A stretch of DNA of 64,000 nucleotides from the NCBI GenBank assembly GCA_963701965.1, contig OY969695.1:3328001-3392000 (forward strand), read 5' to 3'. The position numbers and the translations under genes were made by a program. Below, piece after piece: positions 39,785 through 48,988 of this stretch. Below the pieces are notes generated by a model. It made no database searches and was not told the DNA's origin. It saw only the letters and a program-made list of their open reading frames with translations. Positions within the stretch are counted from its first letter, which is position 1. Each line of letters opens with the position of its first letter. This DNA comes from an uncultured Gemmatimonadales bacterium (lineage in GTDB: Bacteria; Gemmatimonadota; Gemmatimonadetes; Gemmatimonadales; Gemmatimonadaceae).

Positions 39785-40380
39785 CGCATCATGGTGACAA
39801 GCCCGAAGACGCAACACCCGAAAGCCAGGGCGAGGAGTGCGGTGCGGGACGGGATCGACGGGATCTGTTGCGATATGCCGGCAAGAAAGAGGACGGACGC
39901 GAACACGACGGCCAGGAGCACGTACTGATCGCTCTGCTGGTTCGCCGCCTGCGCTTCACTGAACGCGCGCTTGGAGGCGAGCTCGAGGCGCCGGGACGAA
40001 TCCGCGAACGCGAGGCGATACTCGGGCAGCGTAAACGGGCTCGGCGCCGCGTTCGGATTCTCGAGCGGGTGACTGGCGATCCAGACATTGAACGCCGGCC
40101 GGAACTCGTCACGAAAGCGTGCACTGAGGAAACTGGCCAGGCGTTGATTGCCACTGGTGAAGGCATTGAGCCACGAGGCGAACATCCCAATGTCGACCCC
40201 CGCCCGCTGTCCCGCCTCCGTGGACATGCGTGTCGCCTCGACGCGGAGGGTGCTCGCGTCGCTGTATCGCGCCGCCTGGACGCCGCCCCACCGCGTGGCC
40301 TGGTAGCCGACCCACGACGACGCCAGGCCCGCGGCCGAGAGCAGCACCGTCGCGACCACGTCGAGTCGCGCCGGTGTCAC
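39769..40380 (-). CDS. Hypothetical membrane protein (3 TM, periplasmic loop)
   Basis: SWVGYQATRW.G.Q, FRDEFRPAF..W, PSPF.LPEY, SDQYVL..V.FASVLF; GTG overlaps the upstream stop. Confidence 0.75.
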   Translation of the reverse strand: MTPARLDVVATVLLSAAGLASSWVGYQATRWGGVQAARYSDASTLRVEATRMSTEAGQRAGVDIGMFASWLNAFTSGNQRLASFLSARFRDEFRPAFNVWIASHPLENPNAAPSPFTLPEYRLAFADSSRRLELASKRAFSEAQAANQQSDQYVLLAVVFASVLFLAGISQQIPSIPSRTALLALAFGCCVFGLVTMMRYPVE

Positions 40381-41756
40381 GGGGCCGCGAGGCGGAATCC
40401 CGCGATGAGGGTGATACTCGTGTAGTTGATCTTCGCGCCGGCCGGTAGGACGGGGGTGTCCCTGATCGTCGTCGTCAGGCCCGACTGCTGCGTGGACGAG
40501 CCGAACGCCACGTCGGCGCCGAGTACGAAATCGGACCGGCCGAATTGCCAGGACACACCACCGGTGAAGTGGTACAGATCCCACCGCGAGATGAGCGCGT
40601 TGTTGTCCTGAGCCGGGCCCAGGGAGCTGAAGTCCGTGCGAAAACTCACGTAGCCGGCGAACGTGTTCGCGAACTGGTGCTCCACGCCTATGCCACCATT
40701 GGTGACGGCATCGAGCTTCTGCTCCACTACGCCGGTCAAGGCCGCCCCGCCAGTCTGCGGCGTGAACGGAAGCGGCGACAGAATGCTATAGGCGTCCACG
40801 CTGCTGAACCACTCGCCCGCGACATGAATGGTCGTGGAGCCGACGCCGTTGCCGATCAGGTAGGAACCGCCGGCGCCGATCGCGGTCGGCGAATGGTAGG
40901 TGGCCGACAAATCCTGCTGAAAGTTGTCGGCGACCAATGGCGACGTCGGGCCATTGCCTTGCACCCCTTGATTGATGGTCGTCGCGTTTCGACCGACCTG
41001 GCCGCTCCCGAGCAACTTCAGTCCCGGCGTCGTGAGCACGATGCCGGCCCGGAGATGCGGGTACACGAACCCGACGCCGATCTTGGCCATGAGACGCCAG
41101 TGCGTGTAGGAGAAATCGTAATCGCGGAGTACAATGCCGCCGGTGCCGTTCACGCCCACCACTTCGGCGTTGGCCTCGGCGCGCTCGTTCTGGTTGCGGA
41201 CGGCAACATACGGCGTGATCCCGATGCCGATATGTTCGTTGAACGGATGCGAATACGTGATCCCGCCCCAATACTCGCCCAAATGCTGATGCAGCCGGAC
41301 CGTGCCCGTCGCCGATGAGACGTTGGGCGCGCTGATGGCCGTATCGATCGGGATGTCCCGGCCTTCAATGTCGATATCGAGACTCTGGCGCGTCAGAAAC
41401 GAGTACGCCAATCGGTCCTTACCGCCGATCTTGATCTCGCCCGCGAAGAGACTCGGCAACCCGACGACCGAGGTGCTGCCGAGCGTGCGACCCGGGCCCG
41501 CGCCGTTCACGTATTTCAGCGAGGAGTACTGATAGGCACTGCCCGCCACGGCGAACTCGTCGCGTGACGTGAGGGCGAGCGAGCCCGGATCGTAGAACGT
41601 CCCGCCGAGATCGTTCGCGCTCCCGATGACCACGCCGCCCAGGAGCTGGGCCCGCGTCCCGTAAGCGACGGTCCAATATTGCGCGTCCTGCCCGAGGGCG
41701 GACTGGGCGCCGAGGCTGCCGGCGACGCCGACGACAAACCACCATGGCCTACTCAC
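40377..41756 (-). CDS. FadL/OmpP1-like outer-membrane beta-barrel
   Basis: Signal peptide; N-terminal plug GTRAQLLGG....ND...TFYDPGSL (NPA-like); amphipathic strands. Confidence 0.65.
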   Translation of the reverse strand: MSRPWWFVVGVAGSLGAQSALGQDAQYWTVAYGTRAQLLGGVVIGSANDLGGTFYDPGSLALTSRDEFAVAGSAYQYSSLKYVNGAGPGRTLGSTSVVGLPSLFAGEIKIGGKDRLAYSFLTRQSLDIDIEGRDIPIDTAISAPNVSSATGTVRLHQHLGEYWGGITYSHPFNEHIGIGITPYVAVRNQNERAEANAEVVGVNGTGGIVLRDYDFSYTHWRLMAKIGVGFVYPHLRAGIVLTTPGLKLLGSGQVGRNATTINQGVQGNGPTSPLVADNFQQDLSATYHSPTAIGAGGSYLIGNGVGSTTIHVAGEWFSSVDAYSILSPLPFTPQTGGAALTGVVEQKLDAVTNGGIGVEHQFANTFAGYVSFRTDFSSLGPAQDNNALISRWDLYHFTGGVSWQFGRSDFVLGADVAFGSSTQQSGLTTTIRDTPVLPAGAKINYTSITLIAGFRLAAP

Positions 41757-41763
41757 GCCCAAG

Positions 41764-41805
41764 ACGCTACGGAATGCGGTGCGCGGAGGACAGTCGACCT
41801 AGGTC
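41764..41805 (-). promoter_or_regulatory. Box plus -10 promoter embedded in the kinase 3' end
   Basis: GACCTAGGTC (41805-41796)-N26-TAGCGT-N7-GTG 41756. Confidence 0.75.
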
Positions 41806-43122
41806 TAGTGTGGAGTCGGTGACGCACGGCAACGTGAACCCAATGGTGGCACCACGATCCGGATTGCTGCGGCAGAAGATGGTGCCCCCGTGCATCTCGA
41901 CGATCGAGCGGCAGATCGGCAGGCCCATGCCCAGGCCGCGCGGCTTGGTCGTGAAAAAGGGCTCGAACAGGCGCGGCATGTCCTCGGCCGCGATACCGCG
42001 TCCCGCGTCGCGCACGGCGAGCTCAATGTGCGTCGCGTCGGAGCGCTGGGCGGTCAACAGCACCCCGCCCGCCGGCGGACCATTATCGCTGGGAAGGGCA
42101 TCGAAGGCGTTGAGCAGAAGATTGAGCAACACCTGCTGGAGTTGCACGCGGTCGCCGCGCACTGGAGGCAGACCGGGCGCGACGTCGACGCGGAGCGTCA
42201 CGCGTCGGGTCGCGGCCTCGTGCTGGACGAGATGGATGGTTTCGGCGACCAATTCGTCCGGATAGAGCGGCACGCGCTCGACGGCCGCCCGCCGGAACAA
42301 CGCCCGCATGCGCGCAATGATCTGATGCGCCCGACTGTCTTCGGCGGCGATCCGGCGCACAATGTCCCGGACGCGCTCGACATTCGGGGGATCGGCATCG
42401 AGAAACAACGACCCGGCCTCGGCACTGGCGAGGATGGCGCCCAACGGTTGATTGAGCTCGTGGGCCAGCGACGCGGCCAGCTCGCCCAGTGTGGTCACCC
42501 GGGCCACGTGGACCAGCTCGGCCCCGTGCTGTTGCGCGAGGTGCTCCGCGCGCACGCGGCCAAGGGCGTTGCCGATCAGATCGCCCATCGTGCGCACGAC
42601 GTCGGTCGCGAGGCGCCGCCGCGGCCACCGCACCGTCGCGCTGCCGAGCGCCAGCAGCGTCGGGTTGGGCCACGTGGGGAGTCCGACGACCACGGCGGAC
42701 CGCATGCCCCAGCCCGCGAACGTGTCGCGGTCGTCACGGGCGCCCACCGGCAGGCGACTCACATCCGGGATGCGGATCACGCCGTCGGGCAGCGCGCGCA
42801 TGGTGTGATGCGTCAACCGCGCGTCACGCGCGTCGCCGCTCCCCGGCCGCCGAGGGATCGATCAATGGACGGACGTGACGCGCAGTCGATCGGGTGCGTA
42901 CGTCACGAGCGACGCGGACTCGGCTTCGAGCGCGGCCACGGCGTGCTTCAGGATGTGCGCGGTCGCCATGTCCGCACTGGATGCGCCTGTTCGGACATGC
43001 ACCGACGACACGGCGCGGCCGAGTGTGTTGACAATCGACCGCCAGGACGGGCCCGGCATCCAGACGCAAATATGCAAGATCGCATCCGCGGCTCGTCCGA
43101 CCGGCGTATGACCTTGGGGCAA
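41767..43122 (-). pseudogene. GAF-like plus FixL/NodV-type histidine kinase with in-frame TGA at 42862-42864
   Basis: H-box ELAASLAHELNQPL, GDRVQLQQVLLNLLLNA, DAGRGI, FEPFFTTK, GLGMGL. ORF 42862..43122 is in the same frame (VTSVH*SIP). Start uncertain. Confidence 0.75.
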
Positions 43123-43151
43123 CGGCGTGACACGCGCCAGTGCGCTATTGT
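43110..43151 (+). promoter_or_regulatory. Box plus -10 promoter of the response regulator
   Basis: GACCTTGGGG-N26-TATTGT-N6-GTG 43158. Confidence 0.6.
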
Positions 43152-43157
43152 GCAGGC

Positions 43158-43820
43158 GTGTCGAATGCGCGGGTGGCGGTCATCGAGGATGACCGCGCGG
43201 TACGCGACTCGGTCGCGGACATGCTGATGGGCGTGGGCTACCGCGTATCGGCATTCGGGTCGGCGGAGGAGTTTCTGGCTTGCGACAATGCGCCGGACGG
43301 GACGGTGAGCTGTCTCGTGGTCGACGTGCACCTGCCCGCGGCCAGCGGCGTGGAACTGCAGCGGCGGTTGGTGGCCCGGGGGCGCGCCGTCCCGACTGTT
43401 TTCGTCACGGGATACGATGACGTCCCCACGACCGTGGCGGCAATGAAAGGCGGCGCCATCGACTTTTTGCTCAAACCCGTCTCCGCGTCCGCGCTGCTGA
43501 GCGCCGTGCGATCGGCGGTGGAGCAGGGGGCGCTCACGCTGGGCGATTCGCGGGTCACCGCCAATGCCGCGCACCGTCTGGCCCGCCTCACGCCGCGCGA
43601 GCGCGAGGTGTTCACGTTGGTCAGTCGCGGGTTGCTCAACAAGCAGATCGCCGCGCAACTCGGTGTGTCGATGGCCACCGTGAAAGCGCACCGGGGCCGC
43701 CTCACCCGCAAACTTTCCGTGTCGACGGTCGCGGATCTCGTCCGTCTGGCGGATCGCGTCAGTCTCGCGCTCGCGCACGTCGACCTAGGTGGAATGGCCG
43801 CAGACGCTATCCCCGCGTAG
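43158..43820 (+). CDS. FixJ/NodW-family response regulator (REC plus LuxR HTH)
   Basis: IEDD, CLVVDVHLP, AMKGGAIDFLLKP, LTPREREV, GLLNKQIA, TVKAHRG. Confidence 0.93.
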   Translation: MSNARVAVIEDDRAVRDSVADMLMGVGYRVSAFGSAEEFLACDNAPDGTVSCLVVDVHLPAASGVELQRRLVARGRAVPTVFVTGYDDVPTTVAAMKGGAIDFLLKPVSASALLSAVRSAVEQGALTLGDSRVTANAAHRLARLTPREREVFTLVSRGLLNKQIAAQLGVSMATVKAHRGRLTRKLSVSTVADLVRLADRVSLALAHVDLGGMAADAIPA

Positions 43821-43823
43821 TCT
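43782..43823 (+). promoter_or_regulatory. Box plus -10 promoter embedded in the regulator 3' end
   Basis: GACCTAGGTG-N26-TAGTCT, 9 nt before ATG 43833. Confidence 0.7.
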
Positions 43824-43832
43824 GTCTCCAGA

Positions 43833-44195
43833 ATGTTGGTCGGGATCGTGGAAGATGACGTAGGAATGCGTCAGGGACTCTCGTGGCTGCTATCGGCCGC
43901 CCGGTTCAATGTCGTGGCGTTCTCGTCAGCAGAGGAGTTCCTGCAGCGCAGCCAAGCGGAGCGGATCGACTGCTTGGTGCTCAATGTGCGCCTGCCGGCC
44001 ATGGACGGGTTGGCGTTGCGCCGCACGCTACGCGAACGGGGGGATCAAATGCCGACAGTGTTGATCAGCGGGCATGACGACAATGCGACGCGGGAACGGT
44101 TTCGCCGCGCAGGCATCACACGGTGGTTGCGCAAGCCATTCGACGGGCAAACCCTCATCGATGCGGTGCATGATGCCATCGGCAATCTTACGTAA
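43833..44195 (+). CDS. Single-domain receiver protein with Asn at the phospho-acceptor site
   Basis: VEDD, SAEEFL, CLVLNVRLPAMDG, ISG, LRKPF. Confidence 0.88.
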   Translation: MLVGIVEDDVGMRQGLSWLLSAARFNVVAFSSAEEFLQRSQAERIDCLVLNVRLPAMDGLALRRTLRERGDQMPTVLISGHDDNATRERFRRAGITRWLRKPFDGQTLIDAVHDAIGNLT

Positions 44196-44712
44196 GACTC
44201 ATGGTGTCGCAGGCCTGCTCGGCCTTGCCCTGGCGAGCGCACCGGCACTGGCGCAGGCGTCGTTTCTCATCGGACTGGGCGGCGCGTTTCCGGCGGGCGG
44301 CATCGCCAGCCGCATCGATCCCACGTTCGCGGGGCTGCTCGGCGTGGAGATCCAGGGGAAGGAGATGCCGGTTGGTCTGCGCATCGACGACACGTACGCC
44401 CAGTTCACAGGGCCGAACGGATGGGCGGCGATCGACGGCATCACGTTCGGCGGGGTGTTCGGGGAAAAACACCCGGGCAAGCTCGAGCCGTACGCCATCG
44501 CCGGCCTTGGTCCGTATTACGTGACTGGGTCGGCGCTGGGGGCGTCGTTCGCCGGGTATCGCTCGAGCTGGGTCTTCGGCATGAATGCTGGCGGCGGGAT
44601 CAAGTACGGCGGCCGCTTTGCCGTGTTTCTCGAAGCGCGATACCATCTCATGTTCCAGGGTGGCCAGGTCCTGCAGTACATCCCGGTCATGGTCGGGATC
44701 TCCCTACGTTAG
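44170..44712 (+). CDS. Small outer-membrane beta-barrel protein
   Basis: Signal peptide ending ALA-Q; PYAIAGLG, FGMNAGGG, FLEARYH, IPVMVGI; start approximate. Confidence 0.8.
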   Translation: MMPSAILRKTHGVAGLLGLALASAPALAQASFLIGLGGAFPAGGIASRIDPTFAGLLGVEIQGKEMPVGLRIDDTYAQFTGPNGWAAIDGITFGGVFGEKHPGKLEPYAIAGLGPYYVTGSALGASFAGYRSSWVFGMNAGGGIKYGGRFAVFLEARYHLMFQGGQVLQYIPVMVGISLR

Positions 44713-45611
44713 CGCCGCTCCAGCGCCGCGCGGTCCCAGGCGCCGAGCGAGGCCGCGGCATCGTAGGTCGACTGCCAGAAGTCGAGCAGGGCCGCGTCGG
44801 GATTCGCCGACGCGCGCACGGCTTCGTACGGCAAGACCCACTCGTGAAGCGTGGTATCGTATCGTCCCGCCGCCGGCAGGATTGGCGCTGTCGGACACCC
44901 CGAGGGCTCGGGATACGCGTAGGAGTAGAACGACGCATCATAGGCGCCGCCGCCCGGCCACCAGCCGGCGCTGGAGCATTCGTGCGAATAGGACTCGCGC
45001 GTGACGCGGTCGGCGAGATGGGGAATGCCTCCCGGATGCGGTGGCGCCGCGCGTCCGGAGAATCGCGTGCAGGCGAGGTCGAAACTGCCCCAAAAGAAGT
45101 GCACGGGGCTGCACTTTCCGATGAACCGCCCCCGAAATGCGCTGAGCACACGGTCGGCCTGCGCGAGGCCGCGCCAAAATCGCGTGGCGTGTTCCGCGTC
45201 GTACGCGGCGTGGGTCTCGTCGTCGGGAAAGGGGATCGCCACCTCGACCTCGACGGGATGGGGCCAGATGTGAACCCGCAGCTTGAGATCCCGCAAGATC
45301 GACGTGTACTCGGCATAGAAATCGGCCACGGATCGCGGCGCCAACGCCATCAGGCGCTCGTCGTCATTCGTCCGCATCGCCAGCACGTGGTCCACGAGAT
45401 CGAACTCGACCTCGAGAATACGCCGGCCGGCCGGCATCGCCGATGTCGTCAGGCCACGCGCCGAGACGTAGAGGGGCACCTGCCACCAGTGATTCACCAT
45501 CGGCGCGAGCGCCAGGCGCGTCTTTCCGATAATCTGTGTCCAGAGATGTAGCGTGTCCTTCGTGTCCTGCCACTCGGCCAACGGGAGGGCCGGCCACTGG
45601 TCGCTTGCCAT
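44709..45611 (-). CDS. DUF5996-family protein
   Basis: W.DT..TLHLWTQIIGK.RL, NHWW, GKCSPVHFFWGSFDLA.TRFSGR, SHECSSAGWWPG, FYSYAYPEP. Confidence 0.88.
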   Translation of the reverse strand: MASDQWPALPLAEWQDTKDTLHLWTQIIGKTRLALAPMVNHWWQVPLYVSARGLTTSAMPAGRRILEVEFDLVDHVLAMRTNDDERLMALAPRSVADFYAEYTSILRDLKLRVHIWPHPVEVEVAIPFPDDETHAAYDAEHATRFWRGLAQADRVLSAFRGRFIGKCSPVHFFWGSFDLACTRFSGRAAPPHPGGIPHLADRVTRESYSHECSSAGWWPGGGAYDASFYSYAYPEPSGCPTAPILPAAGRYDTTLHEWVLPYEAVRASANPDAALLDFWQSTYDAAASLGAWDRAALERR

Positions 45612-45633
45612 GCCCTAAGATAAAGGAGAGGCG

Positions 45634-46137
45634 ATGTCGATGACCGAGCTGTTTCTTGCCGAGTTGGACCGCGAGTCCCCGGGCACCCGGCGCGCGCTGG
45701 AGCGCTTCCCTGATGGTCGCGGCGACTGGAGGCCGCACGAGAAGTCCATGCCGCTCGGCCGCTTGGCCGCTCTGGTCGCCAGCATGCCGGCGTGGACGGC
45801 GTCGATGATCGGCGAAGCCGAGCTCAATGTCACGAAGGGCGGCGGGTCACAGGCGGTGCCGGCGACCAGCCGCGAGCTGGTCGACTTGCACGAGCGCAGC
45901 GTCGCGACGGCGCGCGAGTTCTTGTCCAAGACCACGGACGCCCACCTGCTGACAACGTGGCGACTCGTGGCCAACGGTCGCGTGGTGAGCGAGCAGCCCC
46001 GCCATATCGCGTTGCGCGATGGCCTGTTCAATCACTTGGCCCACCACCGGGGCCAGCTCACCGTGTATCTGCGCCTGATCGGCGCGTCGGTCCCCTCCAT
46101 CTACGGGCCCTCAGCCGACGAAGGACACTTCGGCTGA
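45634..46137 (+). CDS. DinB-family protein
   Basis: AAGGAG RBS; WRPHEKSMPLGRLA, NHLAHHRGQLTVYLR, VPSIYGPSADE. Confidence 0.9.
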   Translation: MSMTELFLAELDRESPGTRRALERFPDGRGDWRPHEKSMPLGRLAALVASMPAWTASMIGEAELNVTKGGGSQAVPATSRELVDLHERSVATAREFLSKTTDAHLLTTWRLVANGRVVSEQPRHIALRDGLFNHLAHHRGQLTVYLRLIGASVPSIYGPSADEGHFG

Positions 46138-46152
46138 GGGCGACATAGTCGA

Positions 46153-48108
46153 TCAGCGCGACGCCGTGAGGGCCGGCTTTTTCACCACCGTTACCGTGAC
46201 CGACGACGGATACAGCTTCGAGTGGTGCACGGCGTTGTGGGCGACCAGACCTGAGGTCTCGTCGTAGTTGTGCCCACCGGTGTTCAGGTTGCGGTCGAAC
46301 CGCGGGAAGTTGCTGCTCGACACTTCGATGCGGAGCTTATGGCCCGCTTCGAGGTAGTCGCTGGTGTTCATCGGGCCCAGAGCCACCTTGTACACCTTGC
46401 CGGGCTCCATCAAGACCTGCTTGTCATACCCCTCGCGATATCGGACGCGCTGAATCGTCTCGTCGAGGTTGTAGGCGCGGCCGTCGGGAAAGACGTCGAT
46501 CAACTTGATGGTGAAATCCGTGTCTTTGCGGTCCGATGACACGTAGAGATTTACCGAGATGGGGCCACTCACTTCCGTACCGGTCGTGAACGCGTCCGTC
46601 GTGTAGACCAGGATGTCGGGGTGCGCCTCCTCCATCTTCCGCTGATCATACGACCCCGACGTCACGCCCGGCTGGCAGCACCCGTTGCCGCCATACGACG
46701 GCACGGGGTTCATGGGATCGTAGGTGAAGCCGTCGGGCTTGTCGGCGGTCGGACCTTTTTGCGACAACGACCCGCCGTCCGAGAGATAGAACGTGAGCGG
46801 CGACGCGCCCTTCGGGGGCCAGCTGTCCGACGACTGCCACTTGTTGAGGCCCATCGTATAGTAGCGCACCTTGGGCAGCGTATCGAGCAAGTGGTTGTTG
46901 GCGCCGTTCAGGAAGTGATCGAACCAGCTGTAGACCAGCGAGTCGTACCCATAGCGCGCATCGCCCACCCAACGCTCGCCGACGACCGTCGAATCCGTCG
47001 CCCGCTTGTACGAGCAGTGCTGGACGGGCGCGATGATCGCGTACTGGTTGTTGGCGATCTCCGGAGCCGCCGTCTTCCGGACGTGATTGAAGAGCTCGAG
47101 ATTCGGGCTGATCGACACGTCGTACCACGACATGAACCACAAGCTCGGCACCTTGAACGGCATGTCGTCGTGATACAATCCCCCGCGATACCACGCGGAG
47201 TCGTTCGGCGTGCGTTGGATCATGCGGCCGCCCGTTGCGATGCCCTTGACCGAGTCGGCGAAGATGCCGGGCGGGCCGTCGATGGCCTTGAAGATGTCCT
47301 GCTCGGGCAGATGCTTGAACGCCTCCATCCAATCGACCTTCGGGGCCGCCGGCGCCAGGTCGTAGTACTTCGCCGCGTAGTCGAGGTCGGCCTGCGACGT
47401 GCCCGGCGGGAACTTCGGCCGGACGTTCGGCGTCTGCTCCCCATACAGCCAGTCGATGAAGAGCATCTGGACCGCGCCGCCGCGATACCAGTTGCCTTGC
47501 TCGTAGAACGGACCCACCCGACCGACGCCGGCGCCGAAGCCCTGCGGCACCATCGCCGCGTGTCCCGGCGCGCCGAGCGCCGCGACACCCATCTGCCACT
47601 CGGCGGTCGAGGAACAGCCCAGCGTGCCCAGCTTGCCGTTCGACCACGGTTGCGAGTTGATCCACTTGATCGCGTCGTACCCGTCGGTCCGCGGCGGGCC
47701 CAGGATGTCCCACGTGCCCTCAGACCAGAACTTGCCCCGCTCGTTCTGCCCGACATAGGCATAGCCGCGCTTCACGGCGTCCAGGATCGCCGTCGCGTCG
47801 CGCGGGACGCCGTTCCGGACATCGAAGTAGTTGAAATTGTACGGAGTCCGAACGAAGATCGTCGCCGATTTCCCGTCCGGTCCGATCGGATGCTTCGGGC
47901 GGTAGATGTCGGTCGAGAGTCGCACCCCGTCGCGCATCGGGACCATCACCTTGTGCTCGATGATGGCCACGGACTCCAACTCCTTGTACGTGGCTTCCCA
48001 CTGAGCCATCTGCTGCGGGGTCGGCCCCGGTCGCCCCTGGGCGGCGGTCGTGCGGACCGCGGCGAAAAGGCCGGCAACGAGGAACAGGTGGCGCGCGGTG
48101 CGATGCAT
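46153..48108 (-). CDS. CocE/NonD-family hydrolase (S15-like), secreted
   Basis: [48 protein letters not shown]. Confidence 0.92.
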   Translation of the reverse strand: MHRTARHLFLVAGLFAAVRTTAAQGRPGPTPQQMAQWEATYKELESVAIIEHKVMVPMRDGVRLSTDIYRPKHPIGPDGKSATIFVRTPYNFNYFDVRNGVPRDATAILDAVKRGYAYVGQNERGKFWSEGTWDILGPPRTDGYDAIKWINSQPWSNGKLGTLGCSSTAEWQMGVAALGAPGHAAMVPQGFGAGVGRVGPFYEQGNWYRGGAVQMLFIDWLYGEQTPNVRPKFPPGTSQADLDYAAKYYDLAPAAPKVDWMEAFKHLPEQDIFKAIDGPPGIFADSVKGIATGGRMIQRTPNDSAWYRGGLYHDDMPFKVPSLWFMSWYDVSISPNLELFNHVRKTAAPEIANNQYAIIAPVQHCSYKRATDSTVVGERWVGDARYGYDSLVYSWFDHFLNGANNHLLDTLPKVRYYTMGLNKWQSSDSWPPKGASPLTFYLSDGGSLSQKGPTADKPDGFTYDPMNPVPSYGGNGCCQPGVTSGSYDQRKMEEAHPDILVYTTDAFTTGTEVSGPISVNLYVSSDRKDTDFTIKLIDVFPDGRAYNLDETIQRVRYREGYDKQVLMEPGKVYKVALGPMNTSDYLEAGHKLRIEVSSSNFPRFDRNLNTGGHNYDETSGLVAHNAVHHSKLYPSSVTVTVVKKPALTASR

Positions 48109-48214
48109 ACGTCGTGCTCCCGGATGTCTCAAAGTTGTCGACACAGTGTCAGTCTCCGGGCAAGCGCGCGAGACGCTCTGGACGTCCTGACCGAATGCGG
48201 ACATTCTCTATCGG

Positions 48215-48988
48215 ATGCCCGGGGGTTCGATGCCTGACCGCGTGCTGATAGCGACATCGGGAGCTGACAGTACCACGACAGCAGTGCGCATTGGGTGTTG
48301 GTATGCCGAACACCGGCACCTGCCGGTCGAGGCGTTCGCGGTGATCCAGCCCCTGCCATTGGAGGCGGAGACATCGGCCTCGGCGATCGACACCGCGGCG
48401 AATCTCATCCAAGAGAGCGTGGTCGCGAGCGTACGGGCACAGCTCGCCGTAGTCGCGCCGGCGAGGCCGGTGCCGATCGTGACGGAGGTCGGCATCCCGG
48501 GCGACGCGATCGCCGAGCGGGCCAATGCCGTTCATGCCGGGCTGGTGGTGTTGGGGCCGGAGGAGCACCGCCTGTTCGGCGGCAAGGTGGCTCTCACCGT
48601 GGTGCGCCGCGCCCGCGCGCCGGTGCTCGCGGTGGCCCCGGACGCGCAGGTCCGGATGACCGGGATTCTGATCGCCACGGATTTTGGGCCCGCGTCGGTG
48701 CGCGCGGCGCGTCTGGCGCTCGATCTCGCGGCCGACGACAGTCGGGTGCACATCGTTCACGTGGGTCAGACTCCCGCGAACGCGTTCTCCGATCTTAAAC
48801 TTGAGCCGCCACCGCGGGGCACGATCGAGACGCACCGGTTGGACGGCGACCCCGCGCGTCAAATCATCGCGTTCGCGCACGAAAAAGGAATCGACTTGAT
48901 CGCCCTCGGTACCAAAGGAAAAAGCCGCGTCGCGGAGTCCGTTTTGCGCGGCGCCGAATGCTCGGTGCTCATCGCCCCGCCCGAGTGA
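48215..48988 (+). CDS. Universal stress protein (two USP domains)
   Basis: VLIAT, GIPGDAI, ILIATDFG, GDPARQI, DLIALGT.G, SVLRGAECSVL. Confidence 0.88.
   Translation: MPGGSMPDRVLIATSGADSTTTAVRIGCWYAEHRHLPVEAFAVIQPLPLEAETSASAIDTAANLIQESVVASVRAQLAVVAPARPVPIVTEVGIPGDAIAERANAVHAGLVVLGPEEHRLFGGKVALTVVRRARAPVLAVAPDAQVRMTGILIATDFGPASVRAARLALDLAADDSRVHIVHVGQTPANAFSDLKLEPPPRGTIETHRLDGDPARQIIAFAHEKGIDLIALGTKGKSRVAESVLRGAECSVLIAPPE

Noticed and set aside
42862..42864. Selenocysteine or recoded TGA in the kinase
   Set aside because: TGA is the normal stop throughout the window, no Cys-type redox context is present and I saw no convincing SECIS; Trp-to-stop is simpler.
27774..43791. GACCTAGGTC copies as attC, IS-target or CRISPR-like repeats
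   Set aside because: No integrase, transposase or cas genes; spacing is irregular; the fixed distance to -10 elements fits a transcription-factor site better.
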